A DNA stretch of 64,000 bases from Terriglobales bacterium (GTDB lineage: Bacteria; Acidobacteriota; Aminicenantia; Aminicenantales; Saccharicenantaceae), in assembly GCA_035543515.1 (NCBI GenBank), contig DATKJS010000124.1:8968-72967 (forward strand). Reading direction: 5' to 3'. The position numbers and the translations under genes are program-made. The notes beneath the pieces are model-generated. The model was not told where the DNA came from and searched no databases. It saw only the letters and a program-made list of their open reading frames with translations. Positions 53,665 to 63,849 of this stretch are shown piece by piece; positions within the stretch are counted from its first letter, which is position 1, and each line of letters begins with the position of its first letter.

Positions 53665-55668
53665 ATGGAGACGACCAAGATCTCCCTGCCGCCCGAGGCC
53701 TACCAGGAGCTCCCGCCCGGCCAGGTCTATAAGCCCTTCGTCCCGGCCGAGTCCGTCATCCCCGAGGTCACGGCGCGGTCCGTCCTGTGGGGTCTCTTCA
53801 TGGCCCTGTTCTTCACCTTCTCCATCGCCTACCTGGGGCTCAAGGTCGGGACGGTCCCCGAGGCGGCCATCCCCGTGGCCATCCTCGCCGTCGGCATCGG
53901 CTACCTCTACAAGCGCAAGAGCACCATCCTCGAGAACGTCATCATCCAGTCGATCGGCGCGGCCTCGGGCGCCCTGGTCGCGGGGGCCATCTTCACCATC
54001 CCGGCGCTCTACATCCTGGGCCTGCCAACGGACATCGTCAAGATCTTCCTCTCGACTTTCCTCGGCGGCTGCCTGGGCATCCTCTTCCTCATCCCGCTGC
54101 GGCGCTACTTCTGCGTCGAGCAGCACGGCAAGCTGCCCTTCCCGGAGGCCACGGCCACGACCGAGATCCTCGTCTCGGGCGAGTCCGGCGGCAAGCAGGC
54201 TTGGGCCCTCATCCTGGGCGTCGCCGTCAGCGGCGTCTACGAGTTCCTGACCATCGGCGTCCGGGCGTGGGACGAGCTCATTACCTTCCGCTTCCTGCCC
54301 TTCATGGACAGCCTGGCCGTCAAGACGAAGATGGTTTTCAAGATCGACGCCCTCTCGGCCTTCCTCGGCCTCGGCTACGTCATCGGGCTCCGCTACAATG
54401 CCGTCATCGTCGCCGGCGGGCTGCTTTCGCACTTCGCCTTCGTCCCGCTCATCTGGTTCCTCGGCCAGCACCTGTCCGGCGCCCTCTATCCGGGCGCCGT
54501 CCCCATCGCCCAGATGAGCGAGACCCAGATCTTCAGCACCTATGTCCGGAACATCGGCATCGGCGCCATCTTCACGGCCGGCGTCCTGGGCATCATCAAG
54601 TCCATGCCGGTCATGGTCAAGTCCTTCTCCCTCGGCTTCCGGGAGCTCTTCAAGGGCCAGAAGCCGGACGCGGACGCGGCCGTCCGGACCGACCGCGACC
54701 TCAAGATGAAGACCATCATCCTCGGCCTCCTGGCCACCGCGGCCGGCCTCTTCTTCTACTTCCTCTGGATCTCGAACCTCAAGCTGGCCATCATCGGCGT
54801 CCTCGTCTGCATCCTGCTCTCGTTCCTGTTCACGACGGTCGCCGCCTACGCCATCGCCATCGTCGGCACGAACCCGGTCTCAGGCATGACCCTCATCACC
54901 ATCATCCTCTCGAGCGTCATCCTGCTCGGGGCGGGCCTATCCGGGCAGCAGGGCATGGCGGTGGCCCTGCTCATCGGCGCGGTCGTCTGCACCGCGCTCT
55001 CAATCTCCGGCAGCTTCGTCACCGACCTCAAGGTCGGCTACTGGCTCGGGGCGACGCCGCGCAACCAGGAGCGCCTCAAGTTCGCCGGCATCCTCGTCTC
55101 GGCGCTGACGGTGGGGGTCGCCATTTCCATCCTCGACAAGGCCTTCTCGTTCCAGAGCGGAACGCTGGCCGCGCCCCAGGCGAACCTGATGGCCACGGTC
55201 ATCAAGTCGATGATGTCCCGCGAGCCCGTGACCTGGCTCCTCTACGCGGTCGGGGCCTCCGTCGCGATCGTCGCGGAGCTGGCCAAAGTGCCGCCCCTGG
55301 CCTTCGCCCTGGGGATGTACCTGCCCCTGCAGCTGACGACGCCGCTCCTCGTGGGCGGGTTTATCTCGCATCTGGTCAAGAAATCGACCAAGGACAAGGA
55401 GCTGGCCGAGCGGAGGAACAACCGCGGCACCCTCATCTCGTCCGGGTTCATCGCCGGCGGCGCCCTGATGGGCATCGTCCTGGCCGTCCTCAAGCTCACC
55501 AAGGTCGATCACCTGATCAGTCTCGGCGTCCCCATGGTCCTCGAGAACGGGCGCTGGGTCGACGGCACGCCGTGGCCCTGGTTCACGAAGTACGGTCAGG
55601 TCATCAGCCTCGCCGCGTTCACCCTGCTCTGCGGCTTCGTCTACTGGGACGCACGGCGGACAAAGTAG
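53665..55668 (+). CDS. OPT-family oligopeptide transporter
   Basis: 667 aa and polytopic, with an OPT-type N-terminus (YQELPPGQVYKPFVPAE..LT.R). Confidence 0.85.
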   Translation: METTKISLPPEAYQELPPGQVYKPFVPAESVIPEVTARSVLWGLFMALFFTFSIAYLGLKVGTVPEAAIPVAILAVGIGYLYKRKSTILENVIIQSIGAASGALVAGAIFTIPALYILGLPTDIVKIFLSTFLGGCLGILFLIPLRRYFCVEQHGKLPFPEATATTEILVSGESGGKQAWALILGVAVSGVYEFLTIGVRAWDELITFRFLPFMDSLAVKTKMVFKIDALSAFLGLGYVIGLRYNAVIVAGGLLSHFAFVPLIWFLGQHLSGALYPGAVPIAQMSETQIFSTYVRNIGIGAIFTAGVLGIIKSMPVMVKSFSLGFRELFKGQKPDADAAVRTDRDLKMKTIILGLLATAAGLFFYFLWISNLKLAIIGVLVCILLSFLFTTVAAYAIAIVGTNPVSGMTLITIILSSVILLGAGLSGQQGMAVALLIGAVVCTALSISGSFVTDLKVGYWLGATPRNQERLKFAGILVSALTVGVAISILDKAFSFQSGTLAAPQANLMATVIKSMMSREPVTWLLYAVGASVAIVAELAKVPPLAFALGMYLPLQLTTPLLVGGFISHLVKKSTKDKELAERRNNRGTLISSGFIAGGALMGIVLAVLKLTKVDHLISLGVPMVLENGRWVDGTPWPWFTKYGQVISLAAFTLLCGFVYWDARRTK

Positions 55669-55695
55669 GGATCCAGAGAAGGAGGGAGACCGAAC

Positions 55696-56643
55696 ATGGC
55701 AATCAACAAGCTCTACTCGGCGGCCGACCGGGCCATCAACCAGGCCCTGCGGATCCGGCCGGGGGAAAAGTTCCTGCTGGTCACGGACACCCAGAAGCTC
55801 GAGATCGCCGAGGCCCTCGCCTACCACGCCAAGCGGGCCGGCGCCGAGACGACGACCTACCTCATGACCGAGACCCTTCGGCCGATCGAGGCGCCGACGC
55901 GCCAGTTCAAGGAGCTCATCCGGACGGCGGCCGTGACCGTCTACATGCTCGAGGGCCGCTTCGCCGAGAAGCCCTTCCGGGGCTTCATGGTCTCGGAGGG
56001 CGCCAAGCACGGCCGGATCTGCATGATGCCTGGCATCACCCGGGACATGATGGAGCGGCTCGTGGCCATCGACTTCTCGCGGATGGCCGCCTTCACCCGG
56101 AAGGTCATGAGGGCGATGAAGGACGCCGACGACGTCGTCATCGAGAACCCCGCCGGGACGCGCATCGCCTTCAGCGTCAAGGGCCGGCGCTTCGACGCCG
56201 ACATCGGCGACATCTCCAAGAAGGGCGTCCACGGCAACCTCCCGGCCGGCGAGTGCTTCACGGCCCCGGTCGAAGAGTCGTTCACGGGCCGGCTTGTCAT
56301 CAGCCTCATCGACGACAAGCTCGGCCACGGGGTCATGGAGTTTAAGCGGGGCAGGCTCGTCGCCTTCCTGGGCAAGGGGATCGCCGAGGTCGTCAAGACC
56401 GTCGGCGCGGACCCGACCGCCCGCATCGTCGGCGAGTTCGGCATCGGCACGAACAAGGGCGCCAGGATCTGCGCCAACATGCTCGAGGCGGAAAAGGCCT
56501 TCGGCACGGTCCACTTCGCCATCGGCGACTCCTACGGCCTCGGCAAGAACAAGAGCCGGTACCACTTCGACGCGCTCATCGACAAGGTCACGATCCGGGC
56601 CAAGGGCCGGTACGTCGCCAAGGACGGCAAGTTCCTCCTCTAA
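55696..56643 (+). CDS. M29-family aminopeptidase (AmpS/PepS-like)
   Basis: 315 aa. The ...GECFTAPVE... and EFGIGTN motifs are typical of thermophilic M29 aminopeptidases. Confidence 0.75.
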   Translation: MAINKLYSAADRAINQALRIRPGEKFLLVTDTQKLEIAEALAYHAKRAGAETTTYLMTETLRPIEAPTRQFKELIRTAAVTVYMLEGRFAEKPFRGFMVSEGAKHGRICMMPGITRDMMERLVAIDFSRMAAFTRKVMRAMKDADDVVIENPAGTRIAFSVKGRRFDADIGDISKKGVHGNLPAGECFTAPVEESFTGRLVISLIDDKLGHGVMEFKRGRLVAFLGKGIAEVVKTVGADPTARIVGEFGIGTNKGARICANMLEAEKAFGTVHFAIGDSYGLGKNKSRYHFDALIDKVTIRAKGRYVAKDGKFLL

Positions 56644-56650
56644 TTCGGAA

Positions 56651-57844
56651 ATGAGTATTGTGTCCCCGAAATTCGACTTCGACAGGGTCATCGACCGGAC
56701 GGGGACGGAGTCCCTCAAGTGGGTCTATCCCCGCAAGGTCCTCAAGGTCGAGGACGCCATCCCGATGTGGGTCGCGGATATGGACTTCGAGGCCCCGCCG
56801 GCCGTGGTCGAGGCCCTCCGGCGGCGGGCCGAGCACGGCGTCTTCGGTTATCCCCTGGTCCCGCCGTCGTTCTACGCTGCAGCGATCGGCTGGCTCAAGC
56901 GCCGGCACGGCTGGGAGGTCCAGAAGGCCTGGATGTCCATGACGCCGGGCATCGTCCCCGCGCTCAACTACGCGGTCCGCGCCTTCACCAGGCCGAACGA
57001 CCCGGTCATCATCCAGACGCCCGTTTATCACCCGTTTTATTACGCCGTCGAGAACAACGGCCGGCGCGTCGTCCGCAACCCCCTCCGCTTCGACGGTCGC
57101 CGCTACACGATGGACCTCGACGACCTGCGGACCAAGATCGACGCCCCGGGCCGGATGCTCATCCTCTGCAGCCCGCACAACCCCGTCGGCCGCGTGTGGA
57201 CGCGGGAGGAACTCGAGGCCCTCGGCCGGATCGCCGTCGAGCGGGACCTTCTCGTCATCTCTGACGAGATCCACCACGACCTCGCCTTTCGCGGCCACCG
57301 TCACCAGGTCCTGGCCGCCCTCTCCCCGGAGCTGGCCCAGCAGACGGTCACCTGCATCGCGCCGAGCAAGACGTTCAACATCCCCGGCCTCGCGACCGCC
57401 GCCGTCGTCGCCGCCAACCCGGACCTCCTCAAGAAGTTCGAGGACGAGAGGGAACGCGCGGGCTTCGAGCTCGGCCAGGTCTTCGGCATCGTCGGCTTCG
57501 AGGCCGCCTACGCGCACGGCGGGGACTGGCTCGACGCGCTCTTGCCTTATCTCGAGGACAATGTCGACCTCATGGAGACGTTCCTCGCCGCCCGTATCCC
57601 CGAGATCAAGTTTGTCCGGCCGGAGGGAACGTACCTCGCGCTCCTCGACTGCCGGGGCCTGGGGATCGATCCGGCCGCGCTCAATGGCTTCTTTTTAAAG
57701 AAGGCCCATGTCTATTTCACGGACGGGGCGATCTTCGGCCCGGAGCTCGAAGGCTTTGTCCGCGTCAACTTCGGCTGCCCTCGGGCGGTGCTGGCGGAGG
57801 CTCTCGAACGGGTCGAGCGGGCGGTCTGCGGCGTCGGCCGATGA
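56651..57844 (+). CDS. PLP-dependent C-S lyase / aminotransferase (MalY/PatB family)
   Basis: The fold-type I PLP pattern is present (SPHNPVGRVWTREEL, SKTFNIPGL with the Lys). The protein is 398 aa. Confidence 0.85.
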   Translation: MSIVSPKFDFDRVIDRTGTESLKWVYPRKVLKVEDAIPMWVADMDFEAPPAVVEALRRRAEHGVFGYPLVPPSFYAAAIGWLKRRHGWEVQKAWMSMTPGIVPALNYAVRAFTRPNDPVIIQTPVYHPFYYAVENNGRRVVRNPLRFDGRRYTMDLDDLRTKIDAPGRMLILCSPHNPVGRVWTREELEALGRIAVERDLLVISDEIHHDLAFRGHRHQVLAALSPELAQQTVTCIAPSKTFNIPGLATAAVVAANPDLLKKFEDERERAGFELGQVFGIVGFEAAYAHGGDWLDALLPYLEDNVDLMETFLAARIPEIKFVRPEGTYLALLDCRGLGIDPAALNGFFLKKAHVYFTDGAIFGPELEGFVRVNFGCPRAVLAEALERVERAVCGVGR

Positions 57845-58003
57845 CGCATGTGACATAGGACGGGGCTTAGGGGAAGGGGTCAGGTCCATTTTCTTCCAGT
57901 TTTGTTGGAAGACAGGAGACCTAACACCTTCTTTGGCTCGCCCGCAGGCCCGCGAAGACGCGCGCGCGTACCTGCTTGTCCACTTGTTCAGGGGAGGTGA
58001 CCG

Positions 58004-60070
58004 ATGTTCCGAGCGAGAACGACCGGGTGCCTGGTCCTGGCCGGGGCCTGCGCTCTGCTCCTGCTTTCCTGCCGGAAGGCCGAGCCGCCCGCGCCGGCGC
58101 GCGCTCATGCCGCCTTCGCCTTCCCGCGCTCAACGCCCATCGCCCGCAAGGACGCCTTCTTCGGCCTCCACTTCGACCTCCATCCCCAGGAGACCGACAC
58201 CTCGCTCGGCGCCGACGTCTCCGAGGCGAACATCCGCGGCCTCCTGACGCGGGTCAAGCCCGATTACGTCCAGTACGACTGCAAGGGCCACGCCGGCTGG
58301 ACCGGCTACCCGACCGCGGTTGGCTGGGCCAGCCCGGGCATCGTCAAGGACAGCCTGGCCGTCTGGCGCAAGGCCACCCGCGACCTCGGCGTCGGCCTGT
58401 TCATCCATTACTCGGGGGTCTGGGACACCAAAGCGGTAAAAGAGCATCCCGACTGGGCCCGGCTCGGTCCGGACGGCAAGCGCGACCCGAACGTGACGAG
58501 CGTCTTCGGGCCCTACGTGGACAAGCTCCTCATCCCGCAGCTCGAGGAGGTGACGGCGAAGTACGGCCTCGACGGCGTCTGGGCCGACGGCGAATGCTGG
58601 GCCGCCCAGCTCGACTACTCCCCCGCCGCGCTGGCCGCCTGGAGAGAGCAGACCGGATACAGGTACGCCCCCAAGAGTAAGAAGGACGGGCTCTGGCTCG
58701 CCTGGAAGAATTTCAACCGCCGCGCCTTCGAGCGCTACCTCAACCACTGGGTCGACGCCCTCCACGGCTCAAACCCCGCCCTTCAGCTGACCTCGAACTG
58801 GATGTATACCACGTTCGCCCCGAAGCCCGTCGAGGCCAAGCTCGATTTCCTGTCGGGCGACTACTCGCCCTCGCTCTCCGTCGACCGGGCCCGGGTCGAG
58901 GCCCGCTACCTCGCTTCGACCGGAATGCCCTGGGACCTCATGGCCTGGGGTTTCGACAAGGGCCAGGGGCTCGGCTGGAGCCTCAAGCCGGCCAAGCACC
59001 TCGAGCAGGAGGCGGCCGTCGTCCTGATGCAGGGCGGCGGGTTCCAGATCTACCACACGCCGACCCGCTCGGGGTACATCGTCGAGCCGATCATCCGGCA
59101 GGAGGCGGCTTTGGCCGAGTTCTGTCGGGCGCGCCAGGAGGCCAGCCACAAGAGCGCCTCCGTGCCCCAGGTGGCGCTGCTTCTTTCGAGCGAGAGCTAT
59201 TGGGAGGTCTCGGACAACGTCTTCGTCCCGCCGGGGGACGCCTACACCGAGCTCGAGGGCACCCTCCACGCTCTGCTCAACCTCCACTACTCCGTCGACA
59301 TCCTGGCCGAGCACCAGCTCGGGCCGCGGCTGCACGATTTCCCGCTCGTCGTCGTCCCCGATTCGCACAAGCTGACTCCGGAATTCCGAAAAGCCCTGAC
59401 GGATGATGTGGGACAAGGAGGGAACCTCCTGCTCCTTGGCGAGAAGTGCGCCCGGCTGTTCGAAACCGCTGTCCTCGGCGCGACCTTCGAGGATCGGTCA
59501 GACAAGGTCATCGCGGAGCTGGCCTCGGCCAACGGCATCACCAACGCCGACGGCTATTGGCAGAAGGTCAAGCTGACGACGGCCAGGGCGGCCGGCTACC
59601 GCTTCCCGACGCGCGACACGCGGAAAACCGGCGAGGTCGCGGCCACGATCAACGCCTTCGGCAAGGGAAAGGTCGGGGCAGTTTACGGCCCGGTCGCCTC
59701 GGTCTTTTTCCGCTCGCACCATCCCTGGCTCCGGGAGTTCATCGGCGAAATCGTGGCCGAGCTCTTTCCGGACCCGGCCGTGCGCGTCGAAGGCCCCCCT
59801 TGCCTAGACGTCTCGCTCCGCAGGACACGCGACGGGAAGCTCAGCGTCCACCTCCTCAACACGGCCAACATGCCGCTCCCCGACCGTTACAACTTCACGG
59901 ACTTCATCCCGCCGCTCGAAAATATTCACCTGATATTCAAAACCGCGGCGAGACCAAAGTCCGTGACCTGGGTTCCGGACGGCGGCCGGCTCGACTGGTC
60001 GTGGTCCGACGGCCGACTGTCGGTCACGGTCCCGCGGCTCAAGATCCACGGGGTCGTGGTCATCGATTAG
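58004..60070 (+). CDS. Putative glycoside hydrolase, GH29 (alpha-L-fucosidase)-like lipoprotein
   Basis: Lipoprotein signal LLLLSCRK. YDCKGHAGWTGYPT is analogous to the GH29 HH(D/E)GF region. GLDGVWADGECW matches the nucleophile motif (FDG.W). Family placement is tentative. Confidence 0.5.
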   Translation: MFRARTTGCLVLAGACALLLLSCRKAEPPAPARAHAAFAFPRSTPIARKDAFFGLHFDLHPQETDTSLGADVSEANIRGLLTRVKPDYVQYDCKGHAGWTGYPTAVGWASPGIVKDSLAVWRKATRDLGVGLFIHYSGVWDTKAVKEHPDWARLGPDGKRDPNVTSVFGPYVDKLLIPQLEEVTAKYGLDGVWADGECWAAQLDYSPAALAAWREQTGYRYAPKSKKDGLWLAWKNFNRRAFERYLNHWVDALHGSNPALQLTSNWMYTTFAPKPVEAKLDFLSGDYSPSLSVDRARVEARYLASTGMPWDLMAWGFDKGQGLGWSLKPAKHLEQEAAVVLMQGGGFQIYHTPTRSGYIVEPIIRQEAALAEFCRARQEASHKSASVPQVALLLSSESYWEVSDNVFVPPGDAYTELEGTLHALLNLHYSVDILAEHQLGPRLHDFPLVVVPDSHKLTPEFRKALTDDVGQGGNLLLLGEKCARLFETAVLGATFEDRSDKVIAELASANGITNADGYWQKVKLTTARAAGYRFPTRDTRKTGEVAATINAFGKGKVGAVYGPVASVFFRSHHPWLREFIGEIVAELFPDPAVRVEGPPCLDVSLRRTRDGKLSVHLLNTANMPLPDRYNFTDFIPPLENIHLIFKTAARPKSVTWVPDGGRLDWSWSDGRLSVTVPRLKIHGVVVID

Positions 60071-60094
60071 CACCGCCCTCCGATCGCGCGCCGG

Positions 60095-62287
60095 CTATTT
60101 CAGCTCCTGGATCCTGACTTCATAGGAGCCGTCTTTCGTGCTCTTGGCCAGGTAATAGATTTTGTCTCCCGATATTGCGTACCGGTCTTTGGCGACATTG
60201 AAATTATCGTACATGGAATCATAGGAAGGCCCGAGGGGGAACGAGAACGACCTCCTCAAAACATCGCCCTTGAGGTCCATGACGATGAGCTCGTAAAGGC
60301 CATCCTTCTCGGCATATGTTGAGACATAAATCTTGCCATCGGCGATCTTGAAACTGTAGAAAGCCGGGAAGGAATCGCGGAATTTGATGTTTGCAGCCTC
60401 GTTGAGCCAGCCCTGCGTCTCATTGAGCTTCTTCTTCAAGGCTGAACTGTATTCCGGCGGGACCGGGAGGGCCACGTAATTCTGATTGATCTCATAGAGT
60501 GGGAGTCCCAGGGAATCGAAGACTGCAATGTGGAATCCCTTACGCGTGTCCGCGACGAATACCTTGTCTTCGGCGACGGCGAAGTCGATGCAATCTGGGA
60601 TAGCCTGATAATCCTTCTTGACAATCGGAGCTTGCTCCTTCTTCGCGTCCCTCTTGTTGCCCAGCGGAGGTGGCGGAGGAGGTGGCGGCGGCGGCACTGC
60701 AAATGGCACTTCTCCATAGAACTCTCTGATCTGATGAAGTTCTGAATCATAGAGGCGGCCAAACGCGCGCTCATTTCCTGCGTTAATATCCAAGGTATCG
60801 CTGGCAAAAGTCACGAGATTGTCGCCCGCGGGCACCAGCGGATACAGAGACAAGAAGATCTCGCGGGGTATTGGTATTTCTTTTTGGAAGACCCCGTCTC
60901 CGGCAAAAACGATGGTTTTTCTTATGTCCATGGCCCAAATTTGACCCTTAACAACGCAAAATCGGTTTGGGCCTAAGAGGAACTCGCCAGGGCCCTTTCC
61001 GTTTTTGCCGATCTTGGCCAAAAGGGAAAAATCAGGGAGGGAGTAAACGCCGATATAGGATTCGGAATCTCGAGAAAAGCCCTTGGCATCGTATTCGCCC
61101 AGGTACATCCGGTCCTTTTCCACGGCCATTTCTGACGCTGCCCACCCGGGCGGCAGGGCGAAAGTCTTCACGTCGGCTCCGGCCACCGTTAACGTCCAGC
61201 TGTACCGGCCAACGATGGCCACTAAGAGGATCGCCGAAAAGACCAGGAGAACAACCAGAGGCTTTTTCATTTTCGTTGTCATGACTCGCTCCTTTGACAT
61301 GATGCTCTTGACCCGATCTTCGAGAGACATATGGGGCGTTGCCATCCCAACGGCCGCCGGGAGCCGGGTGGCGAGACTCGTTTTCCCAGCCAGGGCGACA
61401 AGGCACTTGGCATAGGAGCGGGCGCCGCTCTTCTGGATGGCATAATTGTCGCTGACATCTTCCCTGCTCACCGAAAAGGACGCGCTCAGGGCGTAGGCCA
61501 GCGGATTCCACCAGTAGAACGAGGTCAGAAGCCGCTGGAGCGCGCCGCTGACCTGGTCGAGGTGACGGATGTGAGCCGTCTCGTGGATCAGGATATTAGC
61601 GAGCTCTTCTGAGCTCAGGTTCTTGGAAAGGGACTTGGGGAGGACGATTATAGGATGGACAACCCCAAGGGCCACGGGGCTGTCGACCGCCGGGGAAAAA
61701 TAAGTAGAAGGAAGGCGAGTCCCAGGAAAGGCCGCCCTCACCGTCTCCATGGCACTCGACGATTCTTCCTCCGGAACTCTGACCAGACTGCTCTTGAATC
61801 CCGAAAGGAAGATGAGCCCGTAAACGAGGCGACCGAGCGAGACGATAAAGCCTATGAGCCAGATTAGGCCGAAACCGTTCAAAAGGACGAGGGCTGGATT
61901 GATGGAGCCGAGGTCAAGAGGTCCGCGGGGTGCCCGACTTTCGATGGGAGGCACGGCCCGATCTTGCCCTGTTCGCAATGTCGCCACGTCTTGACCATTG
62001 GACAATCGATCCCCGGAGCTCGACCTCGTTCCGAGGTCCCGCGCGGCGGAGGAAATCGGCAATTTGTAAAGCGAACCCTGGCCCGGCGTGAGCACGAGGA
62101 TCCCGAGCGGCAGGAAGACGAGGAGGATGATCAGGGTCAAGAGGATCCCGCTTTTCAGAGGGGGCGCGACTCGCTTCGCCGTTTTGGCCAAGCCCCACCC
62201 GATGAGGAGCAGAATGAGCGATTGGGTCAACGAGCTGAATACCCACGCCGCCAAGCCGAGATTTCCCAGGACCTTATACAGAGCCAT
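60095..62287 (-). CDS. BlaR1/MecR1-type M56 peptidase signal transducer with a large C-terminal extracytoplasmic domain and a poly-Pro linker
   Basis: Four N-terminal transmembrane segments and the HETAHIRHLD zinc motif are present. Twelve consecutive Pro lie near residue 560. The 3' two-thirds of the gene has visibly lower GC than the rest of the window. Confidence 0.85.
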   Translation of the reverse strand: MALYKVLGNLGLAAWVFSSLTQSLILLLIGWGLAKTAKRVAPPLKSGILLTLIILLVFLPLGILVLTPGQGSLYKLPISSAARDLGTRSSSGDRLSNGQDVATLRTGQDRAVPPIESRAPRGPLDLGSINPALVLLNGFGLIWLIGFIVSLGRLVYGLIFLSGFKSSLVRVPEEESSSAMETVRAAFPGTRLPSTYFSPAVDSPVALGVVHPIIVLPKSLSKNLSSEELANILIHETAHIRHLDQVSGALQRLLTSFYWWNPLAYALSASFSVSREDVSDNYAIQKSGARSYAKCLVALAGKTSLATRLPAAVGMATPHMSLEDRVKSIMSKERVMTTKMKKPLVVLLVFSAILLVAIVGRYSWTLTVAGADVKTFALPPGWAASEMAVEKDRMYLGEYDAKGFSRDSESYIGVYSLPDFSLLAKIGKNGKGPGEFLLGPNRFCVVKGQIWAMDIRKTIVFAGDGVFQKEIPIPREIFLSLYPLVPAGDNLVTFASDTLDINAGNERAFGRLYDSELHQIREFYGEVPFAVPPPPPPPPPPLGNKRDAKKEQAPIVKKDYQAIPDCIDFAVAEDKVFVADTRKGFHIAVFDSLGLPLYEINQNYVALPVPPEYSSALKKKLNETQGWLNEAANIKFRDSFPAFYSFKIADGKIYVSTYAEKDGLYELIVMDLKGDVLRRSFSFPLGPSYDSMYDNFNVAKDRYAISGDKIYYLAKSTKDGSYEVRIQELK

Positions 62288-62290
62288 GGC

Positions 62291-62713
62291 TTACTCTCCC
62301 TCGTTCGCGTTGAGGAATTCGACGATACGCTGAAGCTCATCCTCGGGGATCCGGCCGCCTGCGAAAAGACACTTGACGAGCTCGGCATAGGACCCGCCGA
62401 ACACGCGGTCCCGGACGTTGTGGAGAATGCTGACCTTGGCCTCGGCTTCGTCCCTGAGAGGGGAATAATAGAATTCCCGATTCTCCGTCCGGTGTTTCAG
62501 CCAGCCGTACCGTTCGAGCCGTCTCATCTGGACCTGGACAGTGGCCCGCTTGACCTTGTCTTTCCGGCCGGCGTTGACGGTATCTAGGACGTCGTTGATC
62601 GTCACTTCCCCCTTGCGCCAGGCCAATTTCATGATCTCCAGGTTGGCGTCCGAGAGCTTCTGAAGACTCTTCTTAGCCACTGCGGCCTCCTCTTGCTGCT
62701 CCATCCATGACAT
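62291..62713 (-). CDS. BlaI/MecI/CopY-family transcriptional repressor
   Basis: The winged-helix N-domain reads LSDANLEIMKLAWRKGEVTINDVLD. It lies immediately upstream of blaR1 on the same strand. Confidence 0.85.
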   Translation of the reverse strand: MSWMEQQEEAAVAKKSLQKLSDANLEIMKLAWRKGEVTINDVLDTVNAGRKDKVKRATVQVQMRRLERYGWLKHRTENREFYYSPLRDEAEAKVSILHNVRDRVFGGSYAELVKCLFAGGRIPEDELQRIVEFLNANEGE

Positions 62714-62745
62714 CTGTCATGTATAATATAAATGACATGTGTCAT
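62707..62745. promoter_or_regulatory. Two palindromic operators ATGACA-N2-TGTCAT flanking a TATAAT box
   Basis: ATGACATCTGTCAT is at 62707-62720 and ATGACATGTGTCAT at 62732-62745, with TATAAT at 62722-62727. The first palindrome overlaps the blaI start codon. Confidence 0.55.
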
Positions 62746-62834
62746 CTTGTCAAGTCCCTTCGGCAAAAAAACGCACGGACATATGGTTTCCCGGTTGCGT
62801 GGATAGAGAAAATCCGGCCAGCCGGCGCCGAGCG

Positions 62835-63755
62835 CTAGGAGACCGCGCGGCCAGGAGCCGGCAACGTCCGGACGCCTTCCCGGACATGCCTCTCGTAGAG
62901 CTCGTGGATCAGCCCGTCCGACAGGCCGATGAACGGGACGTGGATCTTCCGGATGCCCGCCCATTTCATGACACGGCGGAAGATCTGGAGGGCGGGGACG
63001 ATGACGTCGGCCCGGTCGGGCCGGAGGCCGAGCTGACGGACCCTGTCCTCGACGCTCAGGGAGGTCAACGTCCGGCTGACCTCCTTGAGCTTCTTCGCGG
63101 ACACGGGCCGCCCGACCTTGTTCCCCGTCAGCAGGAAGATCTTGTTGATGTTGCCGCCGCTGCCGATGCCCAGGACGGGGTCCCGGCCGGAGGCCACGTT
63201 CGTGACCCAGCCCTGCATGTCCCGCCATTGCGGCCGCGAGACGAGGCCTTCGAGGATGCGAATGGCCCCGATGTCGAAGGAGCGGGAGGCGGCGCTGCGC
63301 CCCTTGGCGAAGAGCGTCAGCTGCGTGCTCCCGCCGCCAACGTCGATGTAGAGGTAGGTGGCCTTCTCCTCGAGGTCCCTCTCGGAATGGTTCTCGAAGA
63401 TGATCTCGGCTTCGGTCCTGCCGGGGATGACCTCGAGGTCGATGCCCGAGGCTTCCCGGACCGCCCCGATGATCTCGTTCCGGTTCCCGGCCTCCCGCAT
63501 CGCCGAGGTGGCGCAAGCCCGGTAGGCCAGGGGGTCGTAGGCGTCGATGAGATGCCGGAAGGCGATCATGACCTGGACCAGGTGCCCGGCCTTGGCCGCC
63601 GAGATGCGGTGCTCGAGGAAAGCGTCGTCCCCCAACCGCAGGGGAAAGCGGACCAGGGAATCCTTCTTGAAAACCGGGGCGTCTCCGCCTTCGAGGACCT
63701 GGCTCAGGAGCAGGCGGACGGCGTTGGAGCCGACATCAATGGACGCGAAGCGCAT
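62835..63755 (-). CDS. ppx: Ppx/GppA-family exopolyphosphatase / pppGpp phosphatase
   Basis: Start at 63755 (MRFASIDVGSNAVRLL, the actin-like phosphate-1 motif). DVGGGSTQL is the phosphate-2 motif. Confidence 0.8.
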   Translation of the reverse strand: MRFASIDVGSNAVRLLLSQVLEGGDAPVFKKDSLVRFPLRLGDDAFLEHRISAAKAGHLVQVMIAFRHLIDAYDPLAYRACATSAMREAGNRNEIIGAVREASGIDLEVIPGRTEAEIIFENHSERDLEEKATYLYIDVGGGSTQLTLFAKGRSAASRSFDIGAIRILEGLVSRPQWRDMQGWVTNVASGRDPVLGIGSGGNINKIFLLTGNKVGRPVSAKKLKEVSRTLTSLSVEDRVRQLGLRPDRADVIVPALQIFRRVMKWAGIRKIHVPFIGLSDGLIHELYERHVREGVRTLPAPGRAVS

Positions 63756-63849
63756 GGGAGGAACCTCGGCTGGCCGGACTTCTCTCATCGGCCACGCTCT
63801 GGAGTCAAGGAGCGTTCCAGGGCCATCTCGGAATCGCGCCGAGGGGCGG

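Noticed and set aside
60660-60700. Possible simple-sequence repeat (GGTGGCGGAGGAGGTGGCGGCGGCGG)
   Set aside because: It encodes the in-frame Pro12 linker of the BlaR1-like protein, so it is coding low-complexity. It may still vary by slippage, but it is not an independent feature.
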